Part shown: positions 39,122 through 47,436 of the stretch, in pieces
How positions within the stretch are numbered: position 1 is the first letter of the stretch
Layout of the letters: every line of letters starts with the position of its first letter
Origin: an uncultured Oscillospiraceae bacterium
Lineage (GTDB): Bacteria; Bacillota; Clostridia; Oscillospirales; Ruminococcaceae
Assembly (NCBI GenBank): GCA_964369265.1
Contig: CAYJEV010000001.1
Span: forward strand, 2,917-66,916
DNA: 64,000 bases
Direction of reading: 5' to 3'
Position numbers and translations under genes: made by a program
The notes under the pieces: generated by a model
Told to the model about the DNA's origin: nothing
The model's input: only the letters and a program-made list of their open reading frames with translations
Databases searched by the model: none

Positions 39122-40273
39122 ATGAAGAAAGTATATTTAGATAATGGCAGTACATCTTATCCAAAAGCCCCTGGTGTTGGGGAGGCTATTGCACACTTTA
39201 TAAATGAAGTTGGTTGTAATGTTGGTAGAACATCATCTGAGGATGCAAACGATTTGGCTTTTGTTGTGTATGAAACTAGCAAAATGCTAGTTGATTTAGT
39301 GAACTTTCCAGACCCTAAAAATGTTGTCTACACTATGAATGTAACGCAATCATTAAATATGGTGATTAAGGGATATTTAAAGTCTGGCGATCATGTTATT
39401 ATTTCGCCAATAGAGCATAATGCAGTTATGCGACCTATTGAACAGCTCCGCAAGCAAGGCTTGGAGGTTAGTGAAATGAAGCTAGATGATAACAATCAAA
39501 TTTGTATCAGCTCGCTTAAAGATATGATTAAGCCAAATACAAAAGCTATTGTTATGCTACATGCTTCTAATGTTACAGGCAATATATTTAATTTAAAGCC
39601 GGTTGGCGAGGTCGCAAAAGATAATAACATTAAGTTTATAGTTGATTCTGCACAAACGCTAGGGATACTTCCGATTGATATGCAAGCTCTAAATATTGAT
39701 GCGTTATGCTTCACAGGGCATAAAAGCCTGCTTGCAGCCCAAGGTATAGGCGGATTTATTGTTAATGATGAGTTTGCTAAAGAAATTGATGCTGTTATTT
39801 CAGGAGGAACAGGAAGCATATCCTCTTCTATTGATATACCAGAATTTATGCCAGATAAATTCCAAGCCGGAACGATGAACTTGCCTGGAATTTATGGTTT
39901 ACACACAGCTTTAAAATACATAACTTCACGTCAAAGCCCACTAGAAGAGGAACAAGCACTTGTTGCAAGGCTTCAAAAGGGGATTGAAGGCGATAAGGTT
40001 AAGGTGATAGGGGAGAGAGATCCTTTTAAAAGATGCCCAACATTATCAGTTGATTTTGTTGGAATGGATAACTCTGAAGTAGCTTTTAGATTGCAAGATG
40101 AGTTTGGAATAGCAACACGTTGCGGACTGCACTGTGCACCAAATGCACATAGGCATTTTGGTAGCTATCCAGAAGGCACAGTACGCTTTTCAGTTGGTTA
40201 TAGCAATACAATAGAGGATATTGATTATACAATATCTGCCATATACAAAATAATTGATAATTATTTTCTATAA
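39122..40273 (+). CDS. class V aminotransferase / cysteine desulfurase-family protein (possible selenocysteine lyase)
   Basis: PLP-lysine region FTGHKSLLAAQGIGG, NifS/CsdA-like length. ATG 39122 follows AGAGGTG. Confidence 0.75.
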   Translation: MKKVYLDNGSTSYPKAPGVGEAIAHFINEVGCNVGRTSSEDANDLAFVVYETSKMLVDLVNFPDPKNVVYTMNVTQSLNMVIKGYLKSGDHVIISPIEHNAVMRPIEQLRKQGLEVSEMKLDDNNQICISSLKDMIKPNTKAIVMLHASNVTGNIFNLKPVGEVAKDNNIKFIVDSAQTLGILPIDMQALNIDALCFTGHKSLLAAQGIGGFIVNDEFAKEIDAVISGGTGSISSSIDIPEFMPDKFQAGTMNLPGIYGLHTALKYITSRQSPLEEEQALVARLQKGIEGDKVKVIGERDPFKRCPTLSVDFVGMDNSEVAFRLQDEFGIATRCGLHCAPNAHRHFGSYPEGTVRFSVGYSNTIEDIDYTISAIYKIIDNYFL

Positions 40274-40466
40274 CATAAAAAATGACAAGTGTTTTTTGTT
40301 GAATTTGACTATGCACAAAAATATATTGACTAAAATTGAGTTTTGATTAGTGTAATTTTTGTTCAAAATGCTGTGTTTCTCATTGTGTTTATAGTTTGTA
40401 TATTAAACAGCTATAATTTCTAGAAAAAAGTTAGTGATTTTTTTAACATTTATAATAAAAAAGCAC

Positions 40467-40495
40467 TTGAAATTTGTTTTTTAATGTTGTAAGAT
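40467..40495 (+). promoter_or_regulatory. candidate promoter of the grd operon
   Basis: TTGAAA (40467-40472), 17 nt, TAAGAT (40490-40495). Confidence 0.45.
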
Positions 40496-40527
40496 ATATC
40501 TGTAGCTAAGGAAATTTAATAATGTGG

Positions 40528-40727
40528 ATGATGATTGCGGGAGAGCTTTTAGATAAGCGCCGTAGGAATAAAGTTGATGTGTGCAAAACATCTTCTGAAG
40601 ATCTCAGGTAAATGCACCGTAGTCGGACATGCCTCTGGAGAGCATCTTTTATATAAGATGCACCGATGGAGCAACAGCTTGTATACATTAAGTATATTGC
40701 TGGAATCTCTCAGGTTTTTAACAGAGT
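40528..40727 (+). promoter_or_regulatory. tandem glycine riboswitch (two aptamers)
   Basis: Aptamer 1: GCGGGAGAG...GCGCCGTAGGAA...TCTCAGGTAAATGCACCG. Aptamer 2: CTCTGGAGAG...GCACCGATGGAGCAA...TCTCTCAGG...ACAGAG. Both match the GGAGAG / CACCGAAGGrGCAA / CTCAGG glycine-aptamer blocks. Confidence 0.8.
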
Positions 40728-40761
40728 AAAGGTGCATAATAATTGTCCTTTGCTCTTTTTT
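40723..40761 (+). terminator. riboswitch expression-platform terminator
   Basis: AGAGTAAAGG / CCTTTGCTCT stem followed by TTTTT. The 5' arm overlaps the 3' strand of aptamer-2 P1, predicting an ON switch. Confidence 0.6.
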
Positions 40762-40788
40762 GTATAAAACTTAGATTTGGAGTAATAT

Positions 40789-41166
40789 ATGGCAAAATTA
40801 CATACTATAATCGTGACCAACAATCCTTTGGTAAAAGAAAAATTCACAGAGGATGAGGGTTACGAGGTTAGATATAGCGATATTAGCTACAGAGATGTTC
40901 TTGTAGCGACTAGAGATTTAGTGTACAGCGGTCATGAGCTGCTAACACACCCTTTATCAGGGAGCGTAAAGCCTAAAGAAACAGTTGTAAAATCAGTTGC
41001 TGTTTCGTACAAAGCAGGGAAGATGGATTTAGATCAAGCAGGTATTGCTGAAAACAGCATAATTACTTGCGACAAATTCCCTCTCAAATTTCCAATATTG
41101 CCAGAAGTGGTGTTGAATGATTTTCGTTTAGTAGATCTTTCCCTAATCACAACGGCGTTATTGTAG
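40789..41166 (+). CDS. grdX: GrdX (small glycine-reductase-operon protein)
   Basis: 125 aa, first gene of the grd operon as in other glycine reducers. Confidence 0.7.
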   Translation: MAKLHTIIVTNNPLVKEKFTEDEGYEVRYSDISYRDVLVATRDLVYSGHELLTHPLSGSVKPKETVVKSVAVSYKAGKMDLDQAGIAENSIITCDKFPLKFPILPEVVLNDFRLVDLSLITTALL

Positions 41167-41201
41167 ACAGCCAAAATTAAAAAACTAAGGAGGTGTTTGA
41201 T

Positions 41202-42482
41202 TTGAAGTTAGAATTAGGATATGTAAATATTCAAGATATTCAATTTTCAAACGAATCAAAGGTTGAGAACGGAGTTCTTTATGTAAATGCAGAGGAACTT
41301 AAGGCAATCGTTCTTGACGACGACCATATTGCATCTTGCGAGTTTGACATCGCAAGACCAGGCGAGAATGTAAGAATTACGCCTGTTAAGGACGTAATTG
41401 AGCCACGTGTAAAGGTAGAGGGTCCTGGCGGAATTTTCCCAGGAGTTATCTCTAAGGTACAAACTGTTGGTACTGGTAAAACTAACGTTTTAAAGGGTGC
41501 TGCAGTTGTAACTACTGGTAAAGTTGTTGGTTTCCAAGAGGGCATCATCGACATGACTGGTCCTGGTGCTGAGTACACACCTTTCTCCAAGACTTGCAAT
41601 CTAGTAATGATCGCTGAGCCAGTAGAAGGCATCACTCCTCACCAACATGAGAAGGCGCTAAGATATGCTGGACTAAAAGTTGCTATCGCTCTAGGCGAAC
41701 TAGCAAAAGAAATTACTCCAGATAGCGTAGACACATTTGAAACTTACGGAGTTAAGGAAGGTTGGGAGAAAATGCCAAACCTACCAAGAATCGGTTACAT
41801 TCAAATGCTACAATCTCAAGGCCTAATGCACGATACTTATGTATACGGTGTTGACGCTAAGAGAACTCTAACTACTATTATCAACCCAACTGAGATTATG
41901 GACGGTGCTATCCTTTCTGGTAACTGTGTATCTTCTTGTGATAAGAATACAACTTACCACCACCTAAATAACCCAGTTGTTCACGATCTATTCGCTAAGC
42001 ATGGTAAAGAGATTAACTTTGTTGGTGTTATCATCACAAACGAAAACGTTTACCTAATGGACAAAGAGCGTTCTTCTGACTGGACTGCAAAGCTAGCTAG
42101 ATTCCTAGACCTAGACGGCGCAATCATCTCTCAAGAAGGTTTCGGTAACCCAGATACTGACCTTATCATGAACTGTAAAAAGGTTGAGGCTATGGGCGTT
42201 CCAACAGTAATCATCACAGATGAGTACGCTGGACGTGACGGTGCTTCTCAATCCCTAGCAGATGCTGATGCAGCTGCAAACGCAGTTGTAACTGGTGGTA
42301 ATGCTAACGCAATGATCACTCTACCTAAGATGGATAAAGTAATCGGTCACCTAAACTTTGTTGATCGTATTGCTGGTGGTTTTGATGGTAATACAGATGC
42401 TGATGGCAACATTACTGTTGAGCTACAAGCTATCACAGGGGCTACTAACGAGCTTGGCTTCAATAAGCTAAGTGCGAGATAA
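41202..42482 (+). CDS. grdE: glycine reductase complex proprotein GrdE (component B alpha/beta)
   Basis: KLELGYVNIQDIQF...VENGVLYVNAEELK N-terminus typical of GrdE, with an internal SGNCVSS candidate self-cleavage site. TTG 41202 follows AAGGAGG; the ORF track starts at GTG 41193. Confidence 0.85.
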   Translation: MKLELGYVNIQDIQFSNESKVENGVLYVNAEELKAIVLDDDHIASCEFDIARPGENVRITPVKDVIEPRVKVEGPGGIFPGVISKVQTVGTGKTNVLKGAAVVTTGKVVGFQEGIIDMTGPGAEYTPFSKTCNLVMIAEPVEGITPHQHEKALRYAGLKVAIALGELAKEITPDSVDTFETYGVKEGWEKMPNLPRIGYIQMLQSQGLMHDTYVYGVDAKRTLTTIINPTEIMDGAILSGNCVSSCDKNTTYHHLNNPVVHDLFAKHGKEINFVGVIITNENVYLMDKERSSDWTAKLARFLDLDGAIISQEGFGNPDTDLIMNCKKVEAMGVPTVIITDEYAGRDGASQSLADADAAANAVVTGGNANAMITLPKMDKVIGHLNFVDRIAGGFDGNTDADGNITVELQAITGATNELGFNKLSAR

Positions 42483-42504
42483 TATAGAAAGGAGATTGTC
42501 TACA

Positions 42505-43818
42505 ATGGGAAAAATTAAAGTTGTTCAATATATTAACCAGTTCTTCGCACAAATCGGTGGCGAGGAGCAAGCTGACTGGAAGCCAGAAGTAAGAGAAGGT
42601 GCATTCGGACCTGGTCTTGCATTCATGAATGCTTTCGGTGAGGAAGCTGAGATTGTTGCTACAGTTATCTGTGGTGACTCCTACTTCAACGAAAACCTAG
42701 AAAAAGCTACTGGCGAAGTTATGGAAATGATCAAGAAGTATTCTCCTGACATGTTCATCGCTGGTCCTGCATTCAATGCTGGTCGTTACGGTGTTGCTTG
42801 TGGTTCTATCTGCCAATCTGTAAATGAGACTCTAGGCATCCCAGTTCTAACTGGTATGTACCAAGAGAACCCAGGCGCAGATATGTACAAAGATAAGGTT
42901 CTAACTGTTGCTACAAAGAACTCCGCTGCTGGCATGAGAGATGCTGTTAAGAAAATGGCTCCTCTAGCTCTTAAGCTTGCAAGAGGCGAGGAAATCCTAG
43001 CTTCTTCTGTTGAAGGCTACATGCCAAACGGCGTTAGAAAGAATCTTTTCGAGAACGAAAGAGGTTCTAAGAGAGCTGTAGATATGCTTCTAAAGAAGAT
43101 TTCTGGCAAAGAGTTCGTAACTGAGCTACCAATGCCTGACTTCGATAGAGTTGATCCAAACCCAGCTGTTAAGGATCTATCTAAGGCTATCGTTGCTGTT
43201 TGTACTTCTGGTGGTATCGTGCCTAAGGGCAACCCAGACAGAATCGAGTCCTCCAACGCTACTAAGTGTGGTGAGTACGACATCACTGGTGTTAACGATA
43301 TGACAGAGGCTACTTACGAAACTGCTCATGGTGGTTTTGACCCAGTATACGCTAACGAAGATTCAGACAGAGTAATGGCTATTGACATTCTTAGAGAGTT
43401 TGAGGCTGCTGGCAAGATCGGCAAGCTACACAACTACTTCTATTCAACTGTTGGTAACGGTACTGCTGTTAAGTCCTCTAAGGCTTTTGCTGAAGAGTAC
43501 GCTAAGAAGATGAAAGATGCTGGTGTAACAGCTTGTATCATGACATCCACTTGAGGAACTTGTACACGTTGCGGCGCAACGATGGTAAAAGAAATCGAGA
43601 GAGCTGGAATTCCAGTTGTACACGTTTGTACAGTAACTCCAATTTCTATGACAGTTGGTGCAAACAGAATCGTACCAGCTATCGCAATTCCTCACCCACT
43701 AGGTAACCCTGCTCTATCTCTAGAAGAAGAGAAGGATATCAGAAGAAAGATCATCGGTACTGCACTAGATGCTCTAACTACTGAGGTTACTAAGCAAACA
43801 ATTTTTGAAGTTAAGTAA
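42505..43818 (+). CDS. grdB: glycine reductase selenoprotein B (GrdB), in-frame UGA = Sec at 43552-43554
   Basis: ORFs 42472-43554 and 43582-43818 are in the same frame. Read-through gives MTST-U-GTCTRCGATMVKEIERAGIP, the GrdB UxxCxxC motif. ATG 42505 follows AGGAG. Confidence 0.9.
43567..43581 (+). promoter_or_regulatory. candidate SECIS hairpin for grdB
   Basis: CGTTGC-GGC-GCAACG hairpin begins 13 nt after the UGA. Confidence 0.5.
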
Positions 43819-43842
43819 TAACTTAATTTTTTAAGATTTATA

Positions 43843-43876
43843 ATATCTACTTTGGGCTTTTGCCCAAAGTAGATAT
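43843..43876 (+). terminator. perfect 15-bp stem-loop after grdB (no downstream T-run; partial terminator or mRNA-stabilising hairpin)
   Basis: ATATCTACTTTGGGC-TTTT-GCCCAAAGTAGATAT. Confidence 0.55.
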
Positions 43877-43917
43877 AAAATAAAAATATAAAATAAAAAG
43901 TAGAAGGTGCCAGTACA

Positions 43918-44853
43918 ATGAGTAAAATTTATGATGTAATAATCGTGGGCGCAGGTCCTGCCGGTCTTGCTGCGGGTTTGTATGCAGGTAGAGCAAGACT
44001 AAGCACACTAATTATCGAAAAGCAAAAAGACGGTGGACAAATTGTTATCACTTCTGAGATTGAGAACTATCCAGCAGGTGAGGAGCATGAAACTGGACCA
44101 TCTCTAATTGCAAAGATGACTCGTCAAACAAATGAGTTTGGTTGCGAGAGAGCAGCTGACACAATTGTTGATGTTGAGCTAGAGGGCGATATTAAGGTTG
44201 TTAAGGGCCTTAAGGGTGAGTATAAAGCGAAATCCGTAATACTTGCACCTGGTGCTCATCCAAAGCCAATTGGTTGTAAGGGTGAGAATGAGTTAATCGG
44301 TAAGGGTGTATCTTACTGTGCAACTTGCGATGGTTCTTTCTTTGAGGACTTTGAGGTATTCGTAGTTGGCGGCGGCGACAGTGCTGTTGAGGAAGCTATG
44401 TTCCTAACAAAGTTTGCTCGTAAAGTAACTATCATCCACAGACGTGACACTCTAAGAGCAGCTAAGTCTATCCAAGAGAAGGCTATGGCTAATCCAAAGA
44501 TTGACTTCATGTGGGATACTACAATTGAAGAGCTACAAGGTGACGGTATTCTTACTTCTATGGTTGTTAAGAATCTTAAAACTGGCGAAACTCGTGTAAT
44601 CGAGGCTGACGAAGATGATGGCACATTCGGTGTGTTCGTATTTATCGGTTTTGATCCACACGGCGAGTTCCTAAACGGTAAGGTTGAAATGCAAAATGGT
44701 TACATCGTAACTGATGAAGAGATGAGAACTAACATCCCTGGCGTATTTGCTGCTGGTGATATCAGAGTTAAATCTCTAAGACAAGTTGTTACTGCTGCTG
44801 CAGACGGCGCTATCGCTGCTGTAAACGCTGGACATTATGTAGAAAATCACTAA
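43918..44853 (+). CDS. trxB: thioredoxin reductase
   Basis: FAD motif GAGPAGLAAGLYA, redox-active CATCDG, NADPH motif GGGDSAVEEA. Confidence 0.9.
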   Translation: MSKIYDVIIVGAGPAGLAAGLYAGRARLSTLIIEKQKDGGQIVITSEIENYPAGEEHETGPSLIAKMTRQTNEFGCERAADTIVDVELEGDIKVVKGLKGEYKAKSVILAPGAHPKPIGCKGENELIGKGVSYCATCDGSFFEDFEVFVVGGGDSAVEEAMFLTKFARKVTIIHRRDTLRAAKSIQEKAMANPKIDFMWDTTIEELQGDGILTSMVVKNLKTGETRVIEADEDDGTFGVFVFIGFDPHGEFLNGKVEMQNGYIVTDEEMRTNIPGVFAAGDIRVKSLRQVVTAAADGAIAAVNAGHYVENH

Positions 44854-44877
44854 TTTTTAAAAGCGAGGTAAATTGAA

Positions 44878-45195
44878 ATGATCGAAGTAAACAAAGACAA
44901 TTTTGAATCCGAAATTCTTCAAGCTGAAGGCTATGTATTCGTAGATAGCTACGGCGATACTTGTGAGCCATGCAAGGCTCTAATGCCTCTAGTACATGAG
45001 CTAGCTGATAAGTATGCTGCAAACATGAAGTTTGTTGCTTTCAACACAACTAAGGCTCGTAGAGTTGCAATTAGCCAAAAGATCCTAGGTCTACCAACTA
45101 TGACTATCTACAAAGATGGCGAGAAGGTAGAGGAAATCACTAAGGACGATTGTACTCCAGAGAACATCGAGGCTCTAATCAAGAAGTACATCTAG
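44878..45195 (+). CDS. trxA: thioredoxin (atypical active site TCEPC)
   Basis: 105 aa thioredoxin fold. Its position after trxB inside the grd operon fits, but the active site is DTCEPCK instead of WCGPC. Confidence 0.8.
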   Translation: MIEVNKDNFESEILQAEGYVFVDSYGDTCEPCKALMPLVHELADKYAANMKFVAFNTTKARRVAISQKILGLPTMTIYKDGEKVEEITKDDCTPENIEALIKKYI

Positions 45196-45265
45196 TTTGT
45201 ACTTAGTTACATTATGGTAGAAGGCTTTTAGCTTTTTATAAAAAATTTTAAGAGGAGGATTATCT

Positions 45266-45736
45266 ATGAGCTTATTAAATGGTAAAAAAGTTATCATAAT
45301 CGGCGATAGAGACGGTGTGCCAGGACCAGCAATCGAAGAGTGCGTTAAGTCCGCTGGCGCAGACGTTGTATACTCCGCTACGGAGTGCTTTGTCTGAACC
45401 GCAGCGGGTGCAATGGACCTAGAGAATCAAAAGAGAGTTAAGGATTTCACTGAGCAATTCGGTGGCGAGAATATCGTTATCGTTCTTGGCGCAGCAGAAG
45501 CAGAGGCAGCTGGTCTAGCAGCTGAAACTGTAACTGCAGGTGACCCAACTTTCGCAGGTCCGTTGACTAATGTCCAGTTAGGACTAAAGGTATACCACAT
45601 TTGCGAGGAAGAAGTAAAGTCTGAAGTTAACGCGGATATTTATGACGAGCAAGTAAGCATGATGGAAATGGTAATGGACGTTGAGGAAATCGCTTCCGAG
45701 ATGGGCAATATCCGTTCTGAGTACTGCAAATACTAA
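45266..45736 (+). CDS. grdA: glycine reductase selenoprotein A (GrdA), in-frame UGA = Sec at 45395-45397
   Basis: ATG 45266 follows GAGGAGG. Translation [21 protein letters not shown]...[18 protein letters not shown] joins in frame to ORF 45413-45736. CxxU is at codon 44. Confidence 0.9.
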
Positions 45737-45771
45737 TTCGTAATAGTATCTGTTGAGCTTTGCTCCGATAC

Positions 45772-45806
45772 AAGGCAGGTAATGAGCTTGCTTATTGCCT
45801 GCCTTT
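45772..45806 (+). terminator. terminator-like hairpin 1 between grdA and grdC
   Basis: AAGGCAGGTAAT / ATTGCCTGCCTT 12-bp stem followed by TTATTA. Confidence 0.6.
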
Positions 45807-45821
45807 ATTAAAGGCTTCTTT

Positions 45822-45855
45822 AGGGTGGTGTGGTCTTAACCACATCGCCCTTTTT
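45822..45855 (+). terminator. terminator-like hairpin 2 between grdA and grdC
   Basis: AGGGTGGTGTGGT-CTTA-ACCACATCGCCCT 13-bp stem followed by TTTT. Confidence 0.65.
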
Positions 45856-45889
45856 GAATAAAAAATCTTTTTAAGAGAGGTATAAACCA

Positions 45890-47422
45890 ATGAATGGTGT
45901 TGTTAAAGCAACCAGCTATATCCTAGCACATACACCGGATATGATTATCCATAACGGTACTACTCAAACTACTGAAAGACTACTAAACCCAGATTCCGAG
46001 TATCTAAAAGCTCTTCCAAAGCACATCCGTTCTTACAAAGATGCTAAGAACTACATTGCTAACCAAGCTTACATCGGTAACATGACTCCAGAGGAGTTAG
46101 GTGGATATGAGCTACCATGGTTCGACAAGCTATCTACTGAATATGACCGTTTTGGTAAGTTCGGTGAGATTATGCCACAAGAAGAGTACCTACTTCTAAT
46201 GCAAACTTGTGACGTATTTGATCTTCTAAAGCTAGAAAAGAGCTTCGTTGCTAAGCATCTTCCAGCTTTCAAGGCTCATCCACTAATGGACGAGAGCATC
46301 ATTGCTAGAGTTCAAGAGGGTGTTGATCAAGCTGAAATTGAGAACTTTGTAAACAACGAACATGCTGAAGGTCTATACCATGACGGCGTTCTAGTTGGTT
46401 ATGTTAAGAGAGCTCATGACGTTGATGCAAACTTAAACGCTCACGTTATCCACGAAAACCTTGTTTCTAAGGCTACTTGCGTACTATCTCTACTACACAT
46501 CGTTAAGAATGCTGGTATTGATAAGGGCGACATTGACTATGTAATCGATTGTTCCGAAGAGGCTTGTGGTGATATGAACCAAAGAGGTGGTGGTAACTTC
46601 GCTAAGGCTTCTGCTGAGATTGCTGGTTTCATGAATGCAACTGGTTCCGACGTTAGAGGTTTCTGCGCAGCTCCAACACATGCTCTAATCATCGCTTCTT
46701 CTCTAGTTGCTGCTGGTGTATACAACAATGTTGTTGTTGCTGCTGGTGGTTGTACTGCTAAGCTAGGTATGAACGGTAAAGACCACGTTAAGAAGGATAT
46801 GCCAATCCTTGAAGACGTTCTAGGCGGATTTGCAGTTCTAGTTTCCAAGAATGACGGTGTTAACCCAGAGATCGTTTCTGGCTTTACTGGTCGTCACTCT
46901 GTTGGTACTGGTTCTTCTCCTCAAGCAGTTATCACTTCTCTAGTAACTTCCCCACTAGACGCTGCTGGTCTAAAGATTACTGATATTGATAAATACTCTG
47001 TTGAGATGCAAAACCCAGACGTTACTAAGCCAGCTGGTGCAGGTGACGTTCCACTATCTAACTACAAGATGATCGCTGCACTAGGCGTTAAGAGAGGCGA
47101 GCTTGAGAAGGCTGACCTAGCTACATTCCCAGTTAATCATGGTATGGTAGGTTGGGCTCCAACTCAAGGCCATATTCCATCTGGCGTACCATATGTAGGA
47201 TTTGGTCGTCAAGACATCCTAGATGGCAAGGTAAACAGAGCTATGGTTATCGGTAAGGGTTCTCTATTCCTAGGAAGAATGACTAACCTATTTGATGGTG
47301 TTTCCTTCATCATGCAAAAGAACAGCGGTGCTTCTGAGGCTTCTGCAGTTTCTGAAGAGAAGGTAAAGGGTCTAATTGCTAATGCTCTAAGAGATTTTGC
47401 ATCTTCTCTAATTCAAGAATAA
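45890..47422 (+). CDS. grdC: glycine reductase complex component C, beta subunit (GrdC)
   Basis: 510 aa thiolase/KAS-like protein directly followed by grdD in the grd operon. Confidence 0.85.
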   Translation: MNGVVKATSYILAHTPDMIIHNGTTQTTERLLNPDSEYLKALPKHIRSYKDAKNYIANQAYIGNMTPEELGGYELPWFDKLSTEYDRFGKFGEIMPQEEYLLLMQTCDVFDLLKLEKSFVAKHLPAFKAHPLMDESIIARVQEGVDQAEIENFVNNEHAEGLYHDGVLVGYVKRAHDVDANLNAHVIHENLVSKATCVLSLLHIVKNAGIDKGDIDYVIDCSEEACGDMNQRGGGNFAKASAEIAGFMNATGSDVRGFCAAPTHALIIASSLVAAGVYNNVVVAAGGCTAKLGMNGKDHVKKDMPILEDVLGGFAVLVSKNDGVNPEIVSGFTGRHSVGTGSSPQAVITSLVTSPLDAAGLKITDIDKYSVEMQNPDVTKPAGAGDVPLSNYKMIAALGVKRGELEKADLATFPVNHGMVGWAPTQGHIPSGVPYVGFGRQDILDGKVNRAMVIGKGSLFLGRMTNLFDGVSFIMQKNSGASEASAVSEEKVKGLIANALRDFASSLIQE

Positions 47423-47436
47423 GAGGTGGCATAATA

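Noticed and set aside
43552-43581. grdB and grdA as frameshifted or truncated pseudogenes
   Set aside because: The fragments are co-linear and in frame across single TGA codons at exactly the positions of the known Sec residues.
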